This document shows, in pieces, positions 14,161 to 27,849 of a DNA stretch of 64,000 nt. The stretch's first letter is position 1; each line of letters begins with the position of its first letter. This DNA is from Octopus vulgaris (Eukaryota). Made by a program: the position numbers and the translations under genes. The notes beneath the pieces were generated by a model that saw nothing but the letters and a program-made list of their open reading frames with translations, searched no databases and was not told the DNA's origin. The DNA lies in contig OX597815.1 of assembly GCA_951406725.2 (NCBI GenBank), positions 124,310,001 to 124,374,000 on the forward strand. The letters run 5' to 3'.

Positions 14161-14726
14161 AACGAACATGTTTTTTTGGGCTGGACCACCTCCTCCGATG
14201 TAGATAGAAGAGGCATCTTCAAGAACTAATGGATCTCTGTTCACTTGATGTCTTCCTTTCTTCGTTCCATTTAAATATACTTCCACAATATCGTCTTTTA
14301 CCATGAAGCTAATCCGCGCCCAGTTGTTGAGCAGGTTTTCGAGTTTGAAACTAGCTAATATTTTGGAAGAAGTGGATGTATTTACATCAGCAGTTATTGG
14401 TGTGTAATATAACGATATGTTTTGTTCGTTGCCTTGACTATTTGATGAAACACTCACACCAAGTTGTACAATCGTAGCGGTAGGGTCTAGAACTGCGAAG
14501 ATAAAGCTAGTATCTTTTTTTTCAAAATGAACGACCATCGTTAAAGCAAAGTCGTTTATAGCTTTGCTACCAAACAGTTGATTTGCATTGTCTTTAAACT
14601 CCTTTTTGCCGAGAAGTCTGAAGGCTGGAAAATAGTCCATCCCCGTTGAGAATCTCACGGGATCTGAAGGGATTCCAATCACTCCCAACATGTCGACATG
14701 TTCTGAATTCAACGGCAACAAGCCTT
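14161..14726 (-). CDS. COL18A1: Coding exon of a multiplexin (collagen XV/XVIII-like) gene: N-terminal thrombospondin-N/laminin-G (TSPN) domain
   Basis: The open frame reads GLLPLNSEHVDMLGVIGIP..GMDYFPAFRL..DFALTMVV..FIFAVLDPTATIVQLGVSVS..NISLYYT..LASFKL..WARISFMV..VYLN..LVLEDASSIYIGGGG..MFV. This matches the motif order of collagen XV/XVIII and Drosophila Multiplexin TSPN domains (recalled motifs: FAV/I, VQLGV, NISLLYT, ASF, W, LYIGQAG). Acceptor tttttttgtcttacAG| precedes 14726 (phase 1); donor |GTAAGT follows 14161 (phase 0). The symbol is a family-level label, since invertebrates usually have one multiplexin. Confidence 0.9.
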
Positions 14727-15511
14727 CTGTAAGACAAAAAAAATAAGGTATTCAGAAATATAATGCAGGAAAAAGAATTAGTATTTTGCATATCAGAAAA
14801 ATAATGAAAAAAAAAATGCAAATTTTTAAATATACAGTGAACTGTTAAATTTTGAAAAAATATAAAGCAAGTTGTTACAAGCTTAATTAATTCGTATTAT
14901 CCACATATCAGAGTTGTTTCCTTAACACTTCTAGAAGTAAATCTGTCACTCCACAGATGTCGAAAATAACTTACGAAACTAAGTGAACTCGTCTTTCTTA
15001 TTTAGCACATATTTATTTAGTGCCCGACAGTTTCTATTTTTAAGGTTGTTAATTTCAAATAATTAATTGTGAAAGGTTCAATTTTTTAAAAATCCAAATA
15101 AATGCAACTGTTTCGCCTTTAGTATCCACCGTTACTTCATCGTTAATCTTCTTGACCAAAACTTATTAGCATATTATTCATCTAATGTCAATCCTATCTA
15201 ATAAAATTGTGAAACTATATCGCAGGAATCAATGTCAACGTAAGTAGGTATTTCAGAGCCCACCTCCCTTTATAAACATTTTATGCTAGTTTTGACTCAA
15301 TGTTCCCTTTCACAGCGATCGATATTACCCGTTCTGGTGTACACAAAATAAATTATAATCAATTATTGAGGCCAATATTATCGACTCGATTTCTCTTCAA
15401 AAATGTGTGACCTTGTTCCGATATTAGAAATGATTATTATTACGACAGAAGGGGGATTTCAGGTTCTGTAGAGGAGGACTGAATGAAATACTTTAGAATA
15501 TTCATTTATGT

Positions 15512-15653
15512 TCTGAGTTCAAATCCCACCGAGGTCGACTTTGCCGTTCATCCTTTCGGGGTTGATAAATTAAGTACCAGTTACGTACTGGAGTCGATCT
15601 AATCGACTGGCTCCCTCCCACCAAAATTTCAGGCCTCGTGCCTAGAGTAGAAA
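15512..15653 (+). mobile_element. 5'-truncated tRNA-derived SINE (Nin/Deu-type core), nested in an older copy
   Basis: GAGTTCAAATCCC B-box and a TTCATCCTTTCGGGGTTGATAAATTAAGTACCAG core. Flanked by a 17-bp direct repeat AGAATATTCATTTATGT (15495-15511 and 15654-15670). Confidence 0.85.
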
Positions 15654-15821
15654 AGAATATTCATTTATGTCCATTACATTTGGAGTTAAAATCCCGTTGA
15701 AGTGGGTTTGCCAGTCATTCCTCTGTTGTTGGTAAAATGCGCTCGAGTGAAGTGATGAAGTCATGGATAAAACTGACCTATCTGCCATAAAAAATTTGAG
15801 TCTTGTGCCTCTGTTAAGAAA

Positions 15822-15873
<52 letters not shown>

Positions 15874-17799
15874 GTTGTTGTTTTTCGATTGAATCACCAA
15901 GTTCAGCTCTTGTACCTGAATTATACATGGAGATGTTTCTAATTGTTAAGGGTGTTCTTTTATTTATTTTCGTGTTTTCGCAAATGCATAGTACCTAGCA
16001 AAGTTACTTTTGTATAGTGTGCTATTTTGTAATCTTGCCAAATATTTGTATGCATGCCTTTTGTTTAAAAAAAAAGAACTAGACTCATAACAATCACTGT
16101 TAATAGAATTGTCTTTGTTTTATATAGACTATTTCTCCAACTCTTACAGCGAAATTTCGCTTTGCTATGATTGACATATATGTAAACAGACTCTTTTGAC
16201 TCCGCATTTCTTAACAACGATGCCTGGCTTGTATGCACAAATACCTATCTGATTATGCATTAGCATCTACCGCATTATTAAAGCGCAGTTCTTGTTGCAC
16301 ATTCTTTTGTTTAGTGTGCATGCACGATAAGTTTTTCGTGCCAATTCTGTGACATTGATAGTATTTTCAGTATGCGAAGCTATTCATTTCTTTCTGTCTG
16401 TTGATATACTAACATTTAGTATATTTAGGTAAGAAACTAAAAACTGTCTGTTGTGTATTTGCAGTGCCACACCGAGACTACAGTTAGTAGGATTGCCTCG
16501 ATTTTTATGATGAATAAGTAATAAAAAGGATGGATGGATGAGTCGATATATTTTTACTACACAAACGATTGAAGAAGTCCTAGGCTCGTGTCCTATCTAC
16601 AAAACTACGTATCTGGGATTAAGACGCTTAGTTTTCCCTACTTCTAAGCTGAGTTAGAGAAATATTTGCGCAGTGGTATTACTATAAAATTAACGGACAT
16701 TTTGTGGTTTGCAGTGCCATGTTCAACTTCTTCAGCAAAAGACATCTCTGACAGATCAACGTCCTACCCAGAAAAATGATTAACATTATTAACCACTTAT
16801 GCTTGTTCTACGAACAAATAGTTAAGTCAAACAATGGTATATGAGATAAGTTTTCAATTATGCACACATATTCAGACATAAACTACATAAATCCCTGCAT
16901 ATATTTATGTATCACGCATATACCAAGAAGGTCGCATATAGAAAGACATGCTCAAAGGCTCATTTATATATTACTTTTACATAAACACAGGCACACACAA
17001 ACACACAAACATTTTATTCATCTACGGACGAAATAAATGCATATACAAAAACATCTATAAGAGAAATACAACTAAAGAGATTTAATATAATTAATATTGC
17101 TTGTTATAGAAATTGAAAGATGAAATTAAGAAATTTCTGCTTGTCTGGTGAAGTCAAAGATTTCGTGTGACACACCCGTTGATACAACTATTTAGTCGCT
17201 TTTTCAGCAGATTTTAATCTCGACTAAAGCAACTTCACATTGATATCAGTGGTAGGGCGAATATATTGCGGAATTTATTAATGAATGATTCCGTTATATT
17301 AAGCAGCTGATGAAATACAATAAGGAATCTAATTATTTCGTACATGAATGCCAAAAAAATTAGCAAACTAGCACAATATATATATAATGTATGTATGTAT
17401 GTATGTATGTATGTATGTATGTATGTATGTATGTATGTATGTATGTATGTATGTATATATATGTATATATATATATATATAATGTGTGTGTATGTGTGTT
17501 TGTTTGAGTGTGAGTGCATGTAGGCATTAATTACTTCAATCAGCCGTTTGTTACGAATGCCGGAAGTTAGCTAAGACATTTGAAGACATTTGTGTATATC
17601 TGTGTATGTGTATCTGTCTGTTTTGAACCCAACAGTAATTTATACAAATACCACCCACAGATAGGGAGACATTAGGAATTTCTATTGGACCTTTATTGAG
17701 AACACAACAGACTTAACGTCGATTTTAGCAGGAACTAACTAGTTAACTAATTGTAAGGAGAAGTGGAATAGAAATTGACGTATATTAAAATTTTTACAT

Positions 17800-17833
<34 letters not shown>

Positions 17834-19033
17834 GCACATGTGTATGTGTGCATGTGTGCGTGCGTGCGTGTGTGTGTGTGTGTGTGCGTGCGTGCGTATT
17901 TTACACATCAAAATATGTAGCCGCGCTGACAACCTAAAGAGACAGTTGGTTTTTACATTGAAGTATCTCAATAAAGGAGGCCTTTATTATTATTTCTATT
18001 ACGTTCATGTTGACTTTCTTGATAGGAACCAAACAAATATGTATGGAATGGAGAAAATTTTGAATACTCCAGCCAATATCTCATAAACGTTCGCATTCGA
18101 GGGAGAAATGTATTCCCAAAACACAGAGCAGAATATTTTTATGTGCATGAGTGTGCGTGTGTGTGAGTGAGAGAGTGCGAAAGCGCGTGCCATCGTCTGA
18201 CGTATGCATAGACTATGAAAAAGATGAAAAAGAATTCTATTTGCGTGTGATGTAAACGCTAATATTTAACTCTCTGAATAACAACCTCCCTTGATCCTCG
18301 ACACATATAGGATCAAGTTCAGATGTGGATCATTGCCATCTTCTGATATTAGCATAAAATCTCAGATTCAGTCGGGGAAAAAAACTAATAAACTAATGAA
18401 ATTATAGAATATTTATACTATTCACGGTGTTATTTCAGGGTGTTTTGTTAAACAGTAAGTTCTGTTACCATGTGGTTTCGGGTTCAATGCCAGTAAATTT
18501 TTCTGCAATAATTCCATGGTACCTTATGTAGGCACGTCGCTAACCTTAACATTACATCATACTGGAAGACCCATCCTGTGCATGGCGTTTTTATAATTGG
18601 TAAATTTAAAGACAAAAAAATCTGCCATTATTTAACTAAATTTTTATTGTTAATAAATAACTCCTCAGTATTCTTACTTGATAACAATAATTTGATTTAC
18701 ATATATAATAATATAATGTTTAATCATATAATCGGTCCATTATATTATATTTAAACTATATTTTACTACTCAGTTTTATTAACCCTTCTGTCGATACTGA
18801 CTCAGTTATTGTTGTTGTTTAGCACCAGGTCAACTCTAATTCAGCAGACCTATAATGAATGACTAACTATGACCCCCTCTTTGTTTTTTCTCATCGAACT
18901 AAGATTATGTTATTTAATGTTTGTCTGTCCTTCTAAGACAGCATAATATACTCAGGGAAGATTTATCTGCTATTTCTATAATTCTGCTCTTGTATTCAAT
19001 ATATGAACCACTCGTGATATATACGCCTGGTTT

Positions 19034-19035
<2 letters not shown>

Positions 19036-19065
<30 letters not shown>

Positions 19066-19360
19066 TGTATGTATGTATGTATGTATGTATGTATGTATGT
19101 ATGTATGTATGTATGTATGTATGTATGCATGCATGTATGTATGTATGTATGTATATGCGTGTGTGTGTGTGTTTGTATGAATGTATGTATGTATGTGTGC
19201 ATGCATGTATACGTGTATGCATGTATGTGCGTATGCATGTATGTATGTTTGCATGTATGCATCTATGTATGTATTGAGAGAGAGGGGGGAGAGAAAGAGA
19301 CGGGAGAGAGAGGGGAGAGAGAGAGAGTGAAAGAAAGAGAGAGAGAGAGAGAGAGAGAGC
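19036..19360. repeat. (TATG)n then (GA)n compound microsatellite
   Basis: Directly visible. Confidence 0.95.
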
Positions 19361-19367
19361 AAGCAAA

Positions 19368-19737
19368 TTATTACCTCTGCCCTAGCGAAGGAGGAGGTAT
19401 GATTTTTCTGTCGTTTGTTTGTTTGTTTGTCCGTGGACAATATATCTCAAGAACTGCTGGATGGATACGGATGAAACTTTCAGGGATGTTTGACCCCATG
19501 AGTGGTACGAACTGATTACATTTTGGGATCGATTCGGTACCGGACAAGGATTCTGGATTATTTTTCCTGTGCTTTTACTAATTTTTGAGAGCGATCGTGT
19601 CCATTTTTAGTACTCTCGTTTATGAGAGCAGTCGAGTTTATTTCAGATATTCTCATTTTAAATATCATCTCTGGCTAATCGTTGGGAGGACGTTGGTGTT
19701 GCCTTGGCGGAGGCTTGCGCTCTCTGAGTGCTCTTCT
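19368..19737 (+). mobile_element. Helentron-associated (HINE/DINE-1-like) non-autonomous element
   Basis: 5' TTATTACCTCTGCC, an internal (GTTT)n, a 3' inverted copy GGCGGAGG, and a terminal hairpin GCGCTC-TCT-GAGTGC (19717-19731). Confidence 0.65.
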
Positions 19738-20073
19738 TTATATTATTTATACACATTTGTCTTTTATTCTCTTAACAAACATGATGTAAAGAAAGCACAT
19801 ATACTCAAAATTTTTGTTTAATATCAGCGACATTAACATGCAAGATTACTGAAGAGACGATCTATAATGCCCAGAATAGAACTACGTAAGTGAAACCTTT
19901 TCTATAAATATGGCTTTAACTTCAGTCACACATTTAACAGTTGCTTGTCTGTATTTGATCTTCGACATACAAAGAACCTGAAGTTCAGACTCAAATACAC
20001 TTAACGCAGGGAGACGTGACAAGTGCATGGAAAGCTGAACACTAACACATTACAGACATACGATAATAATAAT

Positions 20074-20142
<69 letters not shown>

Positions 20143-21254
20143 TAATAATAAAGAAACTGCTGCAAAAGGGGAAAGAGAAAAAGTGAGAAGAGGCAGAGAG
20201 AACAATCTCGGTTGTTTTAAATAAGCAGTTATTTTCTAATTACTTAAAGACGAAAACCCCAACGAAAATAAAGTTTCTCAGAGGAAGCTATCTACTCCTG
20301 TTCTATTAAAGGATCAAACTGCATCCAGATGTGAATTTTACATCGAAGCTTATATACTCGTCAAAAGTTAATGTTTTCTTTGTTTTTAATTTACTTTTTG
20401 AAAAACCACTAAACCATACATATAGAATCATCTATTCTTACTTATATACATGGGCAGCCGATATACAGAAACAAACGTTTGCTTTTCTTGAATCACATTT
20501 ATTTTCATTCTACTTCTTTGCTCCATGTCCCTGTCTATCTTTCTATCTCGCACGTGTGTTCTGCAATAAGTTCCTTTCTGTCCCTCTGCCACTCTGTTTC
20601 TCTATATCACCATCTATCTCTTCATTTCTTACCACATACTTCCCCCAATTTTACAGGTTCTTATAGATGAAGGTAGACTCAAAGTCTGGCATGTTTTTAC
20701 CAGAATAGATTCAGCAAGTAGATTTAACACCACACACACACACACACAGACATACACACACATGCTCACTCGCACAAATCCACATATATTCGATTCCATC
20801 ATGAAGTATATGAATATATCATATATATATATATATATCTTATGTTTGTGTGTATATGCATGTGTGTGTGTGTGTGTATAAAATTGTATATACGTGTGCA
20901 TATATGTAGGCATATATATGTGTACACATACATATATACTTTAATACATTCATATAAAAGTTTACAGTAGACAATAAAGGAGCTAGTTGTTGGTAGGCTT
21001 GAGAATGTGAATTCTGTGCAAAGCTGTTAGAAGCAGAGAGTGGTAAAGGATACGCGTTCTAACACACAAACACAAACACACAGATAGATGGATGGTTTTC
21101 CGTCGATTTCGACGATGATGATCCAGTTGTTCAATCAAACTTGTAAATTTAATATAATTCTCAGGTGAAATCAGCATAACACATTGCATGATATGACCAC
21201 CATTTTGAATTACGTTTACGATCCAAATAACGGGCAATTAGCACCTAGTCCATT

Positions 21255-21682
21255 ACACTTACAACTTCCGAAATTTTGGGGTGAAGTGGGGTGGCGGACA
21301 GTCAATTACATCCACTCCAGTGCTCAACAGGTACTTATTTTAGCGAATTTAAAGGCAAAGCCGACTCAGCAGAATTGGAACTCAGAACATAAAACCGGAA
21401 GAAACACCGCTAAGCGTTTTGTTCGACGCACTAATGATTTTGCCAACTCACCGCCTTAAATAATGATAATAATTCTTTCTATTGTTGGTACAATGCCTGA
21501 AATTTAGGGTGAGGTAGTAAGTCGATTACATCAACCCCAGTACTTAACTGATATTTAATTCATAGACTCCGAAAGTATAAAAGGCAAAGCCAACCTCGGT
21601 GGAATTTGAACTTAGAATATACAGTGAGAAGAAATGCCGCTTTTCTCCGGCGTGCTAATTATTCTGCCAGCTCGCCGCCTTA

Positions 21683-21747
<65 letters not shown>

Positions 21748-21961
21748 CCTTTCTACTATAGGCACAAGGCCTGAAATTTTGGAGGAGGCGACTAGTCGAT
21801 TACATCGACTCCAGTGTTTTACTGGTACTTAATTTATCGACCCCGAGAGGATGAAAGATAAAATCGACTTCGGCGGAATTTGAACTCAGAACGTAAAGAC
21901 GGACAAAATGACGCTATGTTTTTCGCCCGGCATGCTAACGATTCTGCCAGCCCGTCGCCTT
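21255..21961 (-). mobile_element. Three head-to-tail copies of the tRNA-derived SINE separated by (AAT)n
   Basis: Copies at about 21255-21458, 21474-21681 and 21748-21961, each ending in the reverse complement of the GGCGGCGAGCTGGCAGAA-like head. Confidence 0.85.
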
Positions 21962-22008
21962 AATAATAATAACAAAAGCAACAACAACAACAACAACAAT
22001 AATAATAA

Positions 22009-22575
22009 ATGCCCCGATGCAGTACCATGCCCTGATGCAGTATCAGGCAGTGGCTCTCATTGCTTCTGATCTTAACTGATTGGAAGTGTTATCATGTACG
22101 TTGTTTTGTTTTGGTACAAAAGTTGGGCTACAGCAAATATTCTGCTCAATACCACAGATTTGCTTGTCAGTTGTTTGACCGTAACCAGTTGAGCATGTCC
22201 CTTAGTGGCTGACAATATATGCACCTCTGATCACGAGCAGAAGTAGTAGGGGAGCAACATAGCCATGTGTTGAGAGGAATTCTTTGGGGTTTGAATAATT
22301 CACCTCTGGAAACATGGGTGGTTCGTTCAACATCCTTAAACAACCCTTATTCAGGGACCTTTTGAACAGGATGGGTTACTCGACCAGAAAAAAATTCTAA
22401 CTGTGCCCAACCTGCAAGGCCATGCACTGTTTATCTTGATATGAGTCACCATGTCGCGCACATATGGTTGTGATGCATGTGCCTAGTGTACCCTTATCAG
22501 ACGGGTAGTCATGATGGGCATACTGGGCTTCGTATATTTTACCCCAGTGTCACTTTGGTGGCATGCACTGCTCTC
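22009..22575 (+). repeat. ~550-bp interspersed non-coding repeat, copy 1
   Basis: Collinear, highly similar copy at 44959-45490. Both begin right after an (AAT)-type tract. Confidence 0.85.
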
Positions 22576-25164
22576 CTTTATTTACCAAAAGCGTTTACAT
22601 TTAGAAAAACATTATGGACAGCACAGGACAAAAAGAATGTGTGTGTGTGTAAGTTTTTGAGTGTATTTTGTTGTGAGGGTTTTACGTGTAAACAAGACTA
22701 ACAAACTTAAAAAGGAAAGAGAAATCAACAATGCGTAATCTTCAATAGGGAGGAGATGTTCGAGGGTTGCTCATGGAAAAGCCCCATAAAAACCCATGTG
22801 TACCCTGACTTTTGGTGTAGGTACCTTTTTTTCCTTTCACGCGCATCATTCACCCCACTTTCATCCACTTTCAGTAAACTGACCAGAAGACAACACTTCC
22901 TTCTCTACTCTTATTTTCCTTTCAAAGTGAAACTTGAAGAGGTTCATCAGGAATTGGCCAAAGGGAAAAGTGCTTGTCTTCAGCTCCTTCAATCCTGTCC
23001 ACCATAAACCTCTTTCGCCATGGTCACCAGGCATATAAAAACAGTATTTCCTTCCCGGTTAAAGGAAGGCGGTGAGGCGATCTTCACGATCGATTCAGTT
23101 GGCAGCTGGATCCTTCCTACACGCGACAGCAGGTGTTCAACAAAAACTCACAGGTCAGCAATGCTCACGCGCTGGACATGTGCCTGCAGGACCATCTCAT
23201 CGCTCTGCACACATCTCGGACATGCTCGGCTGACAGCACTTTCATGCTTGTAAAGTTTATCTCAAACAGGCAAAGCTCCTTGGTAGCACTGCCAGTGAGA
23301 GAGTTTTGGAAATTATCCATCTGTCCTGGCCCGAAAGTTCGGAAAAGAGTGACTAGCTGATCTTCTTCGACGCCCAAGGTTTCCCCAAGAACGTCGTCGC
23401 ACTTTTCTTCCACTAATCATCTACAAAAGACTTAAGTGGACGTTCCACCTACAGCACTGTCCGATTGGCTGTAAACACTTGAAGACATTCCGCTTTCCAA
23501 AAGCTCCACCTCGGTCTCTGTTTTTACCCAGGACTGCATCTCCGTTAAAGAAACAAGCTGCAGAAATACGTGTCTGGCGAACGGTGACCACATTTTTTCC
23601 CCGTCAAGGAAGCACTGAAGATGACGTAGCCTCAGTGCATGTCTGCGCATCATCAACCACGGCATGCCCGGGCCGCCACACAGTAAGACTGCGTCCCCAG
23701 GCCACCACGCAGATAGATCGCGCTCCTTCCACAACAAGCGGAAGAATATACGCTCTAGCGTAATCAGACCGTGGCCAAGACAAGGCACGACGGTCAAGCG
23801 ATTGTAGATGACAGACGCGATATACGCGTTAGCCATCTCTGCCTGACCTTTCAGGGATAGCTTTCTCTCGCTCCATTTCTGGGTGAGAGTAGTCACCCTA
23901 CTCGTTACCTCGTCCCAGTTTTTTCCATTGAAGGTCCAGACGAAACCAGACTCCCAGGAATTTAACTGGGCCGTCAGTTCAGTGTCCAACGACGCAGTTG
24001 GACGACATGATCTTGCTTCCCCAGGTGCCGAGCCGCAAGCCCACTGATTTTTCTTGGTTAATTGTCGCTCCTGAAACTGCCTTGTTGTCCATGAGAGCGG
24101 TGCTGATCATTTCTATGTGTTTTTGATCAGACACTACTACGGTGACATCGTCGGCATATGCTGACACACCTCTCTCACATCCTAGGTCGCGCAGCATGCC
24201 TCTCCACGCCCCCAGTTTGTGCAGTTGTGGCTCGAGTGTCAGTACGAACAAGAGAGACGAGAGAGGGCAACATTGCCAGACCGAGCGCATGATGTTGAAC
24301 GGCTCTGAGAGGTGACCGTTCACTCTGACGACTAAACGGATATCACTGCGCATTGCAGCGATCTAGCCCCTGAATACAGGCCCGAAACCAGCTGCCTTGA
24401 GGACCGCAGCTAGGTATAGGTGGTCGATCCTGTCGAAAGCTTTAGACTGATTTAAAGTGATCAGGGTCCCACCCGTGCCAGGTTTTTTAGCCACTTTCTC
24501 AATGATGTATCGCACGAGGTGGAGGTTGTCATGGATGGATCATTTCGGGATGGCATATGTCTCTGCCTCCCCTACGAGATCTCCAACGACAAGCGCCAAC
24601 CTCGTAGCTAATACCTCGACCAAAATTTTGAACTCTACGTTCAGCAGAGTTATAGGCCAAAAGTTGTCAATACAATCCCCGTGTCAAAGTGCTCGTGCCT
24701 TAGCTCTGATAAAGCAACCTTCATGTTTTGCTTTGAAAAATTGGTCGACTGCCAGTCTCACTGCGAGCACGTCGGTCGAGATACCTTTTCTAAAAGCCTC
24801 GTATAACTTCTTGACTAGCTCTGCCTCTACTCTGTTTCTTTCTACTGCAAGTCCTTTCCTAAACTCTATCGATTCTATTCTAATCGTCCTTTTCAGGGCA
24901 AACTACCATTTATTGTTGATTATTACCCCCGTCAACACCCTTTTAACTAGTTCACTAATCCGCTCACTGAAATGTCGGTAACGACGCATCCAGCTTCCAG
25001 TAACCGGTTCCCTGTCCATGAAACCAATCTTTAGCGACTGTACAGATCACGGACTTTTGGTCTGTGTGTCAGTGTAGTCGACTACGTTAAATTGTGAACA
25101 ACCTATGCTGTCCTTATCTACTACTCTACAAAATACCCTATCTAGATTCGATCTGGATGACCCT
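22576..25164 (-). mobile_element. Decayed 5'-truncated L1/Tx1-clade LINE (end of APE endonuclease, RT, C-terminal zinc knuckle)
   Basis: Minus-strand frames show SRSNLDRVF..YTD (APE end), GYWKL, PITLLNVEFKIL, QSKAFDRIDH, SVWQCCPLSSLLF, AYADDVT, WSERKLSLKG and a degenerate CxxC..H knuckle near 23170-23220. AATAAA lies at the 3' end near 22577-22582. There are many stops and frameshifts, plus an internal deletion near 24681. Confidence 0.88.
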
Positions 25165-25165
25165 A

Positions 25166-25231
<66 letters not shown>

Positions 25232-25233
25232 CA

Positions 25234-25412
25234 TCCTTTCTGCTAAAAGTTCAAGTCCTGACATTTTGGAGGAGGGGGCGCTAATCGATGTAATCGACCT
25301 CAGTATTTGACTACTTATTTTATCCACCCCGAAATGAGAGAGATGCATTTGAAATCAATAAGTTAAGACAGACGAAATGCTGCTAAACAAGTTGTCCGAC
25401 ATGCTAACGATA
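25234..25412 (-). mobile_element. tRNA-derived SINE copy
   Basis: Same family motifs (cctgacattttggaggag..gatgtaatcgacc..gacagacgaaatgc), next to (AAT)n. Confidence 0.75.
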
Positions 25413-27622
25413 TGTTTTGATCACGCAAGTTTGTTTTCTCTTTCACGATAAACCGTAACTGAATTCTGGCTTTATTATATTTAGAACTATTCGCTTGCTA
25501 TGCGTAGATATGGAAGTTTAATTAGTTACATCGAAAATCATGACAAATAAACTGTCTCTGCGTGTCCGCTTTCAATTTGCAATGAATTTTCTTCCTTGCG
25601 TCTGATATCATTAATGCAAATGCGTTTTCTTTTCATTACGGAAGTAATTTTAAGTAATTTTTTTGCGCTTATTATTGGGCGAATTATACCTCATTTAAGT
25701 ACACAATATTAAAGATATGTTTCAAAGTATAAATCAAACTTAATCGGTCTAGCACATTTTGAGTCTCATTACACTTTCATAGGTGCAGTTGTTTAAATCA
25801 TAATGGTTGATGAAACAATAGAGCTTTAGCTTATTAACGTAACAATGCGCTTCAACAATATCTAAATACTACGTTAGCCAGAGCCATTGAAACAAAAATA
25901 AATCCACACAATGGTGAAGCTTTCAATTGCAACTGAACGTGACCCGTCTGTTCTGGTGTCTCGCTGTCTAGCCAGCTTGACTACATAAGACAACTAACGA
26001 ATCTTACGTTGAATATATAGGATCGAAAATGTATTTTTAAACTAATAGGCTATATTTCCTGCGTTAGATTACATGCAGATGTATCGAGAAGCGCGCAACT
26101 TTAATCAGTGTTGAATTTTTAAAATAGAAAATAGGTAAATATCTGATTGCAGAATTAAGTTAGATATACAGATCAACATCATCATTAACCTTAATTATAC
26201 TGCTTACTGAAGTTTGAATCGTTGCTAGTATCGACATTAGTTTCAAATTAATCTAGTTAAACTCATACTATCGGATTAAAGATATGTTTCAGAAGAAAGT
26301 TTTATAGGAACATGATATTTTCCTTGATATATTTTCTTTTTTAAGAAAGCCATTAGAAGCATTAGAACATTAGAAGCAACCTTATATAATTTTTTCATTA
26401 AACGGAAGGTGAAACGTAATAAATGTCTCGACAGTATACGTTAGTGTATGTCTAAAGGGTGGGATTCTCTTTTCAAGAGGTGAAATAATAATTCTCATAA
26501 ATAAATCTAGCGAATTGGATTAAAGACGAACCTCTGCGAACAAGTGAATCCAGAAGACCACAAAGCCATCCCAGACATACACTTCATTGCATTAATTCAA
26601 AGGTAATCAATGAAGCCAGTGTTGCGAGGCATACAGCTCAGTGGGTGCAGAAGCCAGTTAAGTGCCGTGTGCCCCAAAAGAAATGAAAAACTAAGAGGAA
26701 GGTAACGGTATACAGCAGCAGAGACATCATAAAACGTGGAGCCCTAAAATACAAGCAACATGGAGGAAGATCATAGCAGCTGTTGACACAGTATCACCAG
26801 TTGCCAGCACCATCAGGCCTACTAAACTGAATGAACTCCTCTCACTTCATCACAAAGCCATCTCAGAATCCGGGTAGCAGTATAAACTTATATCATGTTG
26901 CGGTTATGAGGAAGAAATGGAGGTTGAAAAGCAACAAAAAGGAAACCAATGATGGAAATAGAATAAGAAAAGGTAAAAGAAAAAGATGAGCGTAGACTAA
27001 AGATAGGTATGACATTGGAAGTCCTCTGCTGAAAAGAGCCTGTTTATTCGTTTGGCATGAACTTCTCTCTTTTTCCAAAGACTAACAAGAACCTGCAGGA
27101 CTGCTGAATGAGCAAAAACTACTGTTGTGGTTGGAGATGAGGTGGGAGACGTACCTAAAATAAATGACTGTTGGTGAAAAACCACAGGAACACTCGATCA
27201 ATGTCTAATGTGGCACTCTCCAGGGAATCTAGAAGACTTGTGATTCGACTAAAGCGGAAAAGACGTTTGAATTTGAAGATTAAAGGATGAAAATGGCGAT
27301 TACTTGAATCCTATTTGCAGCCGAGAGAAGACAAGGATTGAAAGTAACAGAAGTCGTAGGCTGCCCTGACCTTCCTTAAATGGCAATTTCTTATCCTTTT
27401 CAGGATGGATTTCCTTTGTTTGTTAAAAACTGTCAATATGTTTTTAATGTATTACATTTTTGCCCCTCCCCAATTCATTATAAATGTATATCTTCCACAT
27501 GTTTATTTAACCGTTCTGTGTGACAGACTTTGTATTATATGGCTAGGCTCTTGTGACCATTAAAGAAATCATTATTATTATTATTATTATCATTATTATT
27601 ATCATCATCATCATCACCATTC

Positions 27623-27845
27623 AGGTGGCGAGCTGCCAGAATTGTAAGCGCACCGGGAAAAATGCTTAGCGGCATTTCGTCCACCTTTATGTTCTGAGTT
27701 CGAATACCGCCAAGGTCGACTTTACCTTCCATCCTTTCGGGGTCGATAAATTAAGGACCAGTTGAATACTGGGGCTGATTTAGTCGACTTAGCCCCTCCC
27801 TGAAATTGCTGGCCTTGTGCCAAAATTTGGAACCATTATTATTAT
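27623..27845 (+). mobile_element. tRNA-derived SINE, full length
   Basis: GGTGGCGAGCTGCCAGAA head, GAGTTCGAATACC B-box, conserved core and an (ATT)n tail. Confidence 0.85.
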
Positions 27846-27849
27846 TGTT

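Noticed and set aside
21255-21961. Regularly repeated units resembling a CRISPR array or tRNA cluster
   Set aside because: These are eukaryotic SINE copies with no cloverleaf and no repeat-spacer structure.
24457-24981. 174-aa plus-strand ORF
   Set aside because: Antisense shadow of the minus-strand Tx1 LINE.
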